Below, one piece after another: positions 37,201-46,596 of a DNA stretch of 64,000 nucleotides; position 1 is the stretch's first letter, and the number at the start of each line of letters is the position of its first letter. Origin of the DNA: Chlorokybus atmophyticus (Eukaryota; Plantae; Mesostigma and Chlorokybus algae); assembly GCA_009103225.1 (NCBI GenBank), contig RHPI01002438.1, positions 1,186,848 through 1,250,847 on the forward strand. Reading direction: 5' to 3'. A program made the position numbers and the translations under genes. The notes under the pieces were generated by a model. That model was not told the origin of the DNA. It was given only the letters and a program-made list of their open reading frames with translations, and did no database searches.

Positions 37201-38778
37201 TTGTAGTCGTCAACGTCCAGTAGTCCAATTGCAATCTTCAAGCTGTCCATGCTGGTGGCCTTGGTTGGTTGCCCTCTCTGCTCACAGACCTCACAACCCC
37301 ACACTACCACAAAGCAACTACAGCTACACATACAATTGTAACACACTCCATCAACCTACACAAGCATGTGTGGGCCCATAACCTGTTGACATACACACGT
37401 GCAAGTGACACGCCAACAACATCAATACAGGAGCATGACTGCTACTGCCGCCATAGCATCCGCACACATGCTACATCGTGACCTCTTATCTTCATTGCAA
37501 CAAGTCTGGGCTTTATACCCCGCCAGTCTCTACACACGTCTACATTGGCAAGCACCGCGTGCGCTATACTCAGCCGATTGCTGTTCTGTAAGCTACGCTG
37601 TCTAGCTCACAACCAGAGCTTTCCAACAAGCTAAGCCACGCCTGCTAAGCTTACGTATTCACAAAGCTACGCGATTTCTCCCAAGGCTCTACCAAGCAGC
37701 CTGGTCCGGAGTCCGTCATGACTCGACCGTCTTGCTAAGTCTGGAGCCCACGCGCTTCTTCCTGGTACCTTCGACCCTCGACTCTTGTATGAAGGGCAAG
37801 CTGACCGGATACAAGCATCACCCATGTAATACCTTCAACAGGGGCCACACTGGCAACCACTTCAGTGGCTACAATAGCAACAACACTGGAGCCCACAACA
37901 GCAACAACCCTGGTGGCAGTAACAACAACAACAACGCCAGTGTTCGCAAGGAAGAGCAAGGCTACAGGGGGAAGAACAGACCTCCTCAGCGTAAGGGACC
38001 AGAGGCACGTCCGCGCGCTGCTGCTGTTGCCGCCAAGGCTTCAGCCAACCCACCAGCTGATGACTATATGGCAGCCCTCATGGCGCGTATGGCGCGCTTG
38101 GAGGAAGACAAGGAGCAGGACTACCGCGCCTGCTACGCTGCCCGATGGGCGCTGATGGCTGCAAAACGCGAGAGAGACAGGAACACTTCGTCTCGCGTGC
38201 AACCATCACGACGAGCACGAGGGGAAGCTGCAACAACATCAGCAGGCACCTCCTCCGAAGCCACCAGTGGTGCTGCCTCCGCAGCAACAGCCACACCGGC
38301 TACAACGTCGACTCCACCAACATCAGCAGTACCCACTCCAGTTGCACCACAACCTGGTACACCGGTGGGCACCGTGACGCCGACGCTGGTGAGCACACTG
38401 GCAGCAGCCGCCATCTCTACCGAATCTGCACCAGTGGGCGGTGCACTTCCCACTGCAGCAGTGCCTCTGTCCGTAGGCGTTGAGACAACTCTCGCACCAC
38501 CGACCGATACCGTCGCAACTGCCACAATGGCCATCGTCGAGCCCGCTGTCTCTGCAGCGACGCGCGCAGCCACTCTGCGCGCTCTCGACGTCACTCAGGC
38601 TGTCCCAACTGGTCAGCAAGCTGAGCGAGCATGGGAAACCATCCTGCGCGGAGCAGACCCCACTACCATCGCCTTCGGTCGGGGGGGGGGGAGCGCACCA
38701 CGCGTGTCGCCCGCGATGATCGCGTCTTCCCGCTACCAGAGGTTCACATCCTTCCAGCACTCACTCAACACCAGTTAG
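34270..38778 (+). pseudogene. gag: E3 Gag interrupted by a Copia insertion
   Basis: Capsid, knuckles CHRCGRHGHYKKEC and CDHCHKTGHLESVC; removing 35794-37845 restores the frame NNTGG|HTGNHF. Confidence 0.9.
35794..37840 (-). mobile_element. Internally deleted Ty1/Copia element
   Basis: 457-bp LTRs TGTTG...CAACA at 35794-36250 and 37384-37840; TSD GGGGC; PBS GGTTATGGGCCC on the minus strand at 37372-37383; PPT at 36251; Copia gag N-terminus DYNTWSVKMELLL. Confidence 0.93.
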
Positions 38779-40986
38779 AAGATGAGATCCTTGCTGGCAC
38801 TGCACCTCCGATGCGTGACAGGGTGTTTTTGATCAGCTACAGCCCACCTGTAGTGTTGGAGTTGGCCCTGCAGCTGTTCTGGGCGTTGCACAACAACATG
38901 CAGACCGCCCCGCGCCAGCCTGCACGCATGCCGACCACCACCTTTGAACCCAGCCCGCTGAACACTTATCGGGAACGCCGAGACGCCGTCCAGCAGCGCA
39001 TCGCAGACGCAGCCGACCTGCCTTTGGGCACTGATGAAGCACTCGGACCTCCTACAACCGCTCGCCTTCATCAGCGCTACCACGCACTGAAACAAGCATA
39101 TCATTGGCGACAGGATCAGGCTGTCGCCATTACTGCACGTGAACAAGCTCTTGAAGCTACACGTGCACCAATACCTCAGTCACCAACTGCTGGTCCATCC
39201 TCCAGCACCACGCCGCTCTGCGTCGAGACCAACTCTAACCAAGCGAGGGCGTTGGCTCAACAAACCAGGGGGGTGATCGCCCCGTTGCTGCCTGCGCTGG
39301 TGGAGGATCTACCTGAGGACCAAAGGGAGCCAGGGAGGGGCTACCTCACACCACAAGGGTGTACACAAAGAGATGGAGCAGGACTGGTTGGAGAGCAACA
39401 ACTACGCACTGCTCTGTTGCGACAAGCAACCATGCTGCATCGGCAAGAAGGCATCGGACTTCGGCAGATGCTTAGGATGCGAGACAATGGCAACGCGGCA
39501 CGCGCACGGTTAGTGACGTGGCTGGTCACCAACCATCCCGCAGTCCCGTTGTTCGCTTTCGGCGCCAGAATAGCGTGGGTGGACGCATTCCTTCGCTCCA
39601 TACGGCAAGCCTATGATGAAGTGGCTTCCGCCGCCACTGACACTCTGGAGGGAGCTCTGGAGGCGATACTGAGTTTGCTAGGAGTGGAGGCAGGGCGTCA
39701 GCGCAAGCGCATCGCCGCTGCTTACGAGCAGCATGTCCAACAGCCAGAGACTCGCCTCACTGTACGCACACGAGCAATAACAGTGCTGGAAGTGGGAGTG
39801 GTCAACGGCAGATGGGTTGCTTACATGGCAGGGATCCTCAGGGTGCCCACCATCACCCACGACATGAGAGCGCGGCTCCTACGCGCAGTGTACCTGCAGC
39901 CCATGCCTCAGAACCATCGCTATATAGATGTGGACAACAATGCGACGGCTACATGGGAAGATACACTAGTCAGAGAGGCAGCCCATGCTGTGCGATGGAC
40001 CTATAGCAGAGGAGCAGGCTGCACGAGAGGCAGTCCCGCAAACACCAGGTCCTCCAGGGTTCCCGCCACAGCCACTGGCCACTCCCCCTGGCATGACAAC
40101 AGCTGCACAGAGGGTCAACCCTCCTGCACCTCCACTTGGATAGGTTGCAGCAGCACCTCCAGTGCCTAGGCCACCGCGCGTGTACCAGCAACCGCGACAA
40201 GGACGGTTTGGACAAAGCCGAGGACAAGGAGGCCCACAAGATCCATCAGGCAGAGGAGCCCAGGCTACCCTACGGTCAGGCCCCGCAGATGAGAGTAAAG
40301 CAACAGTCTCTCCACGCAAGAGGTTCCGTCGCTTCAAGAGGCTGCGCATCAACGCCAATGCAGCCATGATCGCCAACCAAGGCAAGCACGTGACCGTCAA
40401 TGGGCGGGCACCCAAACGCGTGATGCTGGACACTGGAGCACAGCCTGTCATCATTGGGCGCTACCTCGCACGAGATCTCGGCATCACCAGCGCTGAGCTG
40501 CTTCCCTGTCCCTATCAGCTGGACACCGCAACCGGCAACCGTGACAAGGTACTCGGCCTTACCAAGCAGGCTGTGAGCATCCGCCTCACCGGACTAAACC
40601 CTTCCCACAGCACCGAGATTGTACAAAGGTGTGTGGTCACCGATGCCGGGTCCTTTGACCTACTGTTGGGACAGGACTGCAACTTCCCTGTCGGCATGGG
40701 GCTGGACTGCTGGACTGAGCAGGCATGGTTTCGACCACATTGGGATGAGGATGATGGAGAGGAGCAGGGATTCCTACCTCTCGAACTGGTGGCCAAGGCC
40801 CGCTCGCAACGAAGATCGGCCGCAGCAGCCACCTACAGTTCTACAAAACGCTCACGTGTGCCTCGTGCCCGAACGCAGCCAAGGACAACTGCAACAAGCT
40901 CGAGCCCGAGCCTAAACGCTGAAGGGGACTCTCCTACACCGTACGATGAGTCTCAGGAAAATGTCACCAAAGAAGTGGCCTTTTAG
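38631..40986 (+). pseudogene. E3 unknown domain, Pro-rich linker and aspartic protease
   Basis: Domain shared with M; VMLDTGAQ...FDLLLGQD; frameshift near 40000, stops at 40141 and 40984. Confidence 0.8.
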
Positions 40987-41121
40987 GAGCCATCCGAGCG
41001 TCGCTGGAGCGCACAAGTAGCAGCACACATGCTACTGACCAGGCCTCAGCTCACTGCACACTTCCCTGTCTATAAAGACCAGGCTACAGTGCAGGAGTAG
41101 TACCACATAGCTACGGGAGTT

Positions 41122-42327
41122 GTGGAGTTCCACATGTTCCGTCGACAACAAGGCATCACCGTGCTGGAGCTGTTCGGAGGCATAGGTAGTGGGCTTGCGG
41201 CTGTCCTCAACACAGGAACAACAGTCACCAAGTACCTCTACTGTGACCCTGACCCTCATGCACAGGAGGCTCTAAGCCATCATTTACGACAGCTGCACCA
41301 GCGTTACCCGCAGCAGCTACCACTGTCGGCGCTGCAAGGGAGCCAGAAGGCTCTACCACAGGACATCCGCTGGATTACCAAGGATCACCTACAGGCAGTC
41401 GGCAACATTGACCTGCTGATAGCAGGATGGGAGTGTCAAGGGCACTCCAGGGCAGGCAGAGGCCACGGGCTCTCTGATCCTCGCTCACAGCTGTTCTGGG
41501 AGCTAATGAGAGTCATCAAACTCCTGCAGGCCAGTCAGATCGCTAGGCCCTTCGGGTACATCATCGAGAATGTGCACTCCGAGGATGACAAGCGGCTTCA
41601 CGTCGCCAAGGCCTATCGGCAAGTATGCTCCTTGCTGGGGCATCCTCTCAAAATCAACGCCGCACGTCATGGCTCTCGTGCACACCGCGTCCGCGCCAAG
41701 TGGACCAACCTGGCCATTGTGGAAGACCTGTTTTTGGCAGAGTACCTATACAGCAATCGGCCACGAAATCTCGTCGTCGATGACATCCTGGACCTTGGAC
41801 GCACAGCGCAACCAGTCACACGCCTTGACCACCACCACTTCTATCAGTGCAACCAGCCTGGTCAGCCGCGCCGCGCACTACCCACGCTTGTATCCTACCC
41901 AGGCTCCTACGCGTTCCGCAATGGAGGCGACGGCATGGTGTTGGACTCCAACACTGGACAACTGGAAGAACCCAATGCCCGCGAGCGCGAGCGTGCTATG
42001 GGATTCTTTCCAGGCAGCATCACAGGCTCCACGCTGACAACCAGTCAACAGTGTCAGTTGTTAGGGCGCGCCATGGATCAGAACAGCATGGTGTGGTACT
42101 TGGAAATGTGCTTTGCTCTCCAGGACCGCCATGTGTCTTTCCAGGAGCTCGAACACCTGGCTGGGGGGTGGATTGCCCGCTTTTCAGAGACCAAAGCAGC
42201 ACACACCGCCCTCGAGACCGCCCACATGGAGGAGCAGGCAGCAGTCATCGTGGAAGACATTCCAGTGGTCGCCAACGCTACCTCATGGTCCCACGCCATT
42301 GGACCGCTGGCCACAGGCCAGACTTGA
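41122..42327 (+). CDS. E3 DNMT3-like C5 cytosine methyltransferase domain
   Basis: ELFGGIGSG, GWECQGHSRAG, ENV, RAHRVR, ERERAMGF, LLGRAMD; flanked by in-frame stops, so the polyprotein is broken in this copy. Confidence 0.92.
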   Translation: MEFHMFRRQQGITVLELFGGIGSGLAAVLNTGTTVTKYLYCDPDPHAQEALSHHLRQLHQRYPQQLPLSALQGSQKALPQDIRWITKDHLQAVGNIDLLIAGWECQGHSRAGRGHGLSDPRSQLFWELMRVIKLLQASQIARPFGYIIENVHSEDDKRLHVAKAYRQVCSLLGHPLKINAARHGSRAHRVRAKWTNLAIVEDLFLAEYLYSNRPRNLVVDDILDLGRTAQPVTRLDHHHFYQCNQPGQPRRALPTLVSYPGSYAFRNGGDGMVLDSNTGQLEEPNARERERAMGFFPGSITGSTLTTSQQCQLLGRAMDQNSMVWYLEMCFALQDRHVSFQELEHLAGGWIARFSETKAAHTALETAHMEEQAAVIVEDIPVVANATSWSHAIGPLATGQT

Positions 42328-42378
42328 GAGCAACTCGAGGCTCTCCTCAACAGGTGGAGGAGCCAATTCAGCTTCAGT

Positions 42379-45300
42379 GTGAAGGAGCTGGGCATATGCT
42401 CGGCATACCAGATGGACATTGAACTAGTGGATACCGAACCGGTGTTCAGAAGACAGTATCGCCTCTCCAAGCTAGAAGAAGACTTGGTGGAACAGAGGTG
42501 CAAGGCGCTGCTAGATGCAGGCCTGATCGAGGAGTCCACATCGGACTTTGCGGCCGCGACCGTCATGCCCCTGAAGAAAGATTCAGCAGGCAACTGGACA
42601 GACCGGCGCATGTGTGGCGACTATCGCCCCCTCAACAACAAGACCAAGCAGGACAGGTATCCAATGCCTACCGCAGAAGGCATCTTTGACGATGTAGGAG
42701 AATGCACGGTCTTTAGTATTTTGGATATGCGCCAAGGGTACAACCAGATCGCCATCAAGGAGGAGGATAAGCACAAGACTTCCTTCTGGGGAAACCGGCA
42801 GCTGTACCAGTGGAAGGTCATGCCCTTCGGACTGAAGAACGCTCTGGCCAAGTTCCAGCGCGTCATGGACAAAGCCCTCAAGGGGTTGGACTTCGCGCGC
42901 TGCTACATCGACGACATCCTCATCTTCAGTCACAGCAATGAGGAGCATCTCCAGCACATCGAAGAGGTGCTACAGAGGCTGAAGGAAGTCGGGATGACGG
43001 TGCACCCTGACAAGTGCACCTTCTTCACCCGCAAGGTACCTTACCTAGGACACATGATTGTGCCCCATGGTGTGTACGTACAGCAGGCCAAAGTGGAGGC
43101 CCTGGTGGCTATCCCTGCCCCCACAGACCTCACGCGGCTGCGGGCCTTCCTCGGCCTTGCCAACTATTACCGCCGATTTGTCAAAGACTTTGCCAAGATC
43201 GCAAGGCCTCTCAACGAACTACTGAAGAAGGACACCGAGTTCTTGTGGAAGGAGGCACAACAGGAGGCCTTTCAGGAGCTGAAGCTCCGCCTCACCACAG
43301 CTCCCATTCTGCAACGCCCTGACTACACCAGGTCGTTCATCCTGCACACAGACTGGAGCAAGCTCGGCATGGGGGCCGTGCTCGTACAGCACGACAACAA
43401 CAAGAAGGAGCGCGTAGTGTCGTACGCCAGCCGCAGCAACAACAGTGCTGAGGCCAACTACAGCAGCTACGAAGGGGAGTGTCTCGCCGCAGTGTGGGCC
43501 ATCTCCTTCTTCCGACCCTTCCTGTTTGGACGGCAGTTCCAACTGGTCACTGACCATCAACCCCTCAAGTGGCTAATGAACAACCAGCACTTGACAGGAA
43601 AGTTAGCACGATGGGCGCTGCTGCTCCAGGAGTACGACTTCGAGGTGGAACACCGCGCAGGCCTTGCCAACCAGGATGCGGATGGCCTCAGCCGTAACCC
43701 CCACCTCAGCACCAACGACGCCACAGGCGCCCGACATGAGTTGGGTCCCACAGCTGCACCTTCAGGTGTGGCCACCATGTTTGCTGTCGCTGCGCTACGC
43801 TCGAGACGCAGGACTCAGACCGCTGAGGCAGCAGCAGACGGGGACATGCCCGCTCTCGAGCCCGCCATCACCACCACCGATCCTTTATCAGAAGAAGCAA
43901 TCGCTGCCGACCCTGAGGTGGATGATGAGGAGCTGGCACCCACCGACACACGACAAGACATCTGGCTGGACGAGCCATCGCTCGCACTGCTTCAGACTGG
44001 ACAACTTCCAGCAGGCATGAGCGCACGCGAGAAGGACCGCGTCCGGCAACGCACTCAGCGTTACCGCTGGGCCAACGACAGGCTGTATCGACGGATACAA
44101 GATGCAGATCAGGAGGTCCCCACACCAGCTGCACGTGAAGGCATCATCTCCTCCCTTCACACCGAGCTCGGGCACTTCGGTGTCAAGCGCACGGTCAGCC
44201 TGGTCAGGACCCAGTACTGGTGGTATGGGGTGCACAGACAGGTGCGGGAGTTCGTCAGCAACTGTCAGCAGTGTGACATGGTTCGCGCCAGCCTCAACAC
44301 GCGCAATGCCACCTTGCATCCCCTTCCCATTTCCGGGTTGTTCTACCGCTGGGGACTGGACATCCTCGGAGACCTAGCGCCCTCAGCGCGAGGCAACCGC
44401 TACATCCTCGTCATGATCGAGCACTTCTCCAAGTGGGTGGAGCTGGTGCCCCTGCCCGACAAGAGCAGTGAGGGAGTAGCCCAGGCTTTCCTCTCCCATG
44501 TACTCGGACGCTTCGGCAGCTGCGCTGAAGTCATCACCGACCAGGGTACGGAGTTCAGAGGAGCCTTCGACAAGCTTATCGACAGATGCTTCATCGACCA
44601 CCGTCGCACCTCACGCGACCACCCGCAGGCCGACGGCCTCGCCGAGCGTACCGTGCAGACCATCAAGAAGGCACTGCGCAAGTACGTCCTCGCCTACGAG
44701 AAGAATACCTGGGATGATCACCTCCCATGGGTAGCAATGGGCTACCGGCTGTCCAAGCAGGCAGCCCTGCGAGAGTACAGCCCATACTATCTACTGTTCG
44801 GAAGGCAGCCATTGCTCCCTTTCCGCGCACAGCAGGAGGTCGACAGAGTGGTGGACAATCTCGACAACCCCGACGAGATGTTGTATGATCTGACAGTGCG
44901 CAGTGCGCTGTTCGAACACACAGTCCCCATGGCCTTCAACAACCTGCGCATCGCGCAGCACCGCGACACGCTGCGTTACGAGCGTGTGCGCAGTGGTTTC
45001 TACAAGGAGCGGGAGCGCCGCTTCGAGTCAGGAGACTTCGTCTACCGTATGGCGTCTACACGCGACACCCTCGATACCTCCGTCGGGCGTGCTATCTACA
45101 AGGTATTGAAGGTGCACCCCACCGGGGTACTGGACCTGTTAGGACAACGAGGCGAGCGCATGAAGGACAACATGGTCAACTGTGCGCCCTGTTATCTCCC
45201 CTACATTGCTGGCTTCACCAAGATCCAGCACCCGCGTCCCCTGCGCAGCACCCGATGCGAGAAGTGTGGCAGCGCCGACGACGACCCATTGATGATGTTA

Positions 45301-45420
45301 TGCGACGGCTGTAATCAAGGCATGCACTGCTACTGCCTTGACCCTCCACTGGACGCAGTACCCTTGTGGGAGTACTGGTGCGATGACTGCCGCATCAACG
45401 GACCCCCACACAGTCGGTAG
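42379..45420 (+). CDS. pol: E3 Pol: RT-RNase H-integrase-PHD, open for 1013 aa
   Basis: YIDD; RNase H TDWS/EGE/TDH/DGLSR; HHCC; DDE (LDILG, TDQGTEF, GLAER); PHD at 45256-45390. Confidence 0.97.
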   Translation: MKELGICSAYQMDIELVDTEPVFRRQYRLSKLEEDLVEQRCKALLDAGLIEESTSDFAAATVMPLKKDSAGNWTDRRMCGDYRPLNNKTKQDRYPMPTAEGIFDDVGECTVFSILDMRQGYNQIAIKEEDKHKTSFWGNRQLYQWKVMPFGLKNALAKFQRVMDKALKGLDFARCYIDDILIFSHSNEEHLQHIEEVLQRLKEVGMTVHPDKCTFFTRKVPYLGHMIVPHGVYVQQAKVEALVAIPAPTDLTRLRAFLGLANYYRRFVKDFAKIARPLNELLKKDTEFLWKEAQQEAFQELKLRLTTAPILQRPDYTRSFILHTDWSKLGMGAVLVQHDNNKKERVVSYASRSNNSAEANYSSYEGECLAAVWAISFFRPFLFGRQFQLVTDHQPLKWLMNNQHLTGKLARWALLLQEYDFEVEHRAGLANQDADGLSRNPHLSTNDATGARHELGPTAAPSGVATMFAVAALRSRRRTQTAEAAADGDMPALEPAITTTDPLSEEAIAADPEVDDEELAPTDTRQDIWLDEPSLALLQTGQLPAGMSAREKDRVRQRTQRYRWANDRLYRRIQDADQEVPTPAAREGIISSLHTELGHFGVKRTVSLVRTQYWWYGVHRQVREFVSNCQQCDMVRASLNTRNATLHPLPISGLFYRWGLDILGDLAPSARGNRYILVMIEHFSKWVELVPLPDKSSEGVAQAFLSHVLGRFGSCAEVITDQGTEFRGAFDKLIDRCFIDHRRTSRDHPQADGLAERTVQTIKKALRKYVLAYEKNTWDDHLPWVAMGYRLSKQAALREYSPYYLLFGRQPLLPFRAQQEVDRVVDNLDNPDEMLYDLTVRSALFEHTVPMAFNNLRIAQHRDTLRYERVRSGFYKERERRFESGDFVYRMASTRDTLDTSVGRAIYKVLKVHPTGVLDLLGQRGERMKDNMVNCAPCYLPYIAGFTKIQHPRPLRSTRCEKCGSADDDPLMMLCDGCNQGMHCYCLDPPLDAVPLWEYWCDDCRINGPPHSR

Positions 45421-45458
45421 GAACTGAGTTCTGGAGCAGAGGGCTACCCCAGAATCTC

Positions 45459-45466
45459 AGGGGGGG
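45459..45466 (+). promoter_or_regulatory. Polypurine tract of E3
   Basis: AGGGGGGG immediately before repeat B1. Confidence 0.75.
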
Positions 45467-45705
45467 TGGCTTGTTGACGGTGTGCACTACGACACAGTCT
45501 GTACACAAAGGTGGCGAGCGGCATCGGCTCGTCCACTGCACTAAACACCGCGTAGGCTCATCTTCAAGCCTATGCCCACGATTGGGGGGTTGTCTTTTGC
45601 TTGCATGACTCCAATGCAATGCACGGCACTAGCATGCGTGCAGCACTAGCACTCCTCCGCAGCCTGTCCGAGACAAGGTTGCCCTCGACCATGACAGGCA
45701 CGACA
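45467..45705 (+). repeat. E3 repeat B1 (239 bp)
   Basis: Copy at 46358-46596. Confidence 0.95.
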
Positions 45706-45707
45706 GC

Positions 45708-46357
45708 TGTCATGCCATCTACCCTCGCATGCCAGTTCTTCTCAAGCATGCCTACACCCAGCCCCACGCCCGGGCTACCAGCATGAAGACCGCGCGAGCC
45801 CCAGCCTACTGCTAGCTACTGTATCACTCATGTAGCATGTAGCTAGGGCTACTTTATAGACCTGTCTGTAGGGACCGCGCGTAGCTGATCAGTTGTAAGT
45901 CTGTTAAGAACACATGTGCTATATCGAGTCTTAGGAGATTTCCGAAATAGCATGAGGCCTCGATGTGACCGTTGGCCTAGTGCCCGCGTGGCACTGCACG
46001 GTCATGATTTGACATGTATAAGTAGAAAGTCACGTCACCAGACTGGCTGGTGACACTGTAAGTGAGTACTGTGAGTACTAGGAGTACCAAGAAGTAAAGA
46101 CTCTGTTTCTAAAGAGCTTGTGAAGCGACTTGAACTGAAAGCACGCTGCCCCAGTTGCAAAGAATTCCCTTACTGCGTGAGACACGGTGCATGCTCTTGT
46201 GCGCTGTGCCTGTCATTGCTGTGAGCTTGTCGGCGGTGTGTTGTTTCAGTAGTCAGGGTGTTGTATCCACGTGTTGCACACTCATTCACCTCACTTAACA
46301 GTGTATCATTCTATCCGCTCATGCAAAGAACTGTGTCTACAGCACTACCTATCGTAG
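45708..46357 (+). repeat. E3 repeat A2
   Basis: Copy of 33406-34055, separated from B1 by GC. Confidence 0.95.
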
Positions 46358-46596
46358 TGGCTTGTTGACGGTGTGCACTACGACACAGTCTGTACACAAA
46401 GGTGGCGAGCGGCATCGGCTCGTCCACTGCACTAAACACCGCGTAGGCTCATCTTCAAGCCTATGCCCACGATTGGGGGGTTGTCTTTTGCTTGCATGAC
46501 TCCAATGCAGTGCACGGCACTAGCATGCGTGCAGCACTAGCACTCCTCTGCAGCCTGTCCGAGACAAGGTTGCCCTCGACCATGGCAGGCACGACA
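46358..46596 (+). repeat. E3 repeat B2 (right terminus)
   Basis: Copy of B1 ending ACGACA, followed by the TSD. Confidence 0.95.

Larger units (their letters stand above)
33406..46596 (+). mobile_element. E3: young Ty3/Gypsy element, gag-X-PR-DNMT-RT-RH-INT-PHD, split repeats A-body-B-A-B
   Basis: Ends TGTCAT...ACGACA; TSD GTTG at 33402-33405 and 46597-46600; A 33406-34055 = 45708-46357; B 45467-45705 = 46358-46596. Confidence 0.95.

Noticed and set aside
33406-46596. E3 and E1 as DIRS/Ngaro/PAT elements because of split direct repeats
   Set aside because: They encode Gypsy RT/RNase H and a DDE integrase with no tyrosine recombinase, and E3 has TG...CA ends with a 4-bp TSD.
45467-46596. B-A-B as a mere assembly duplication or tandem LTR
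   Set aside because: The same geometry occurs in E1 with unrelated sequence, the TSD flanks A1 and B2 exactly, and B1/B2 differ by substitutions.
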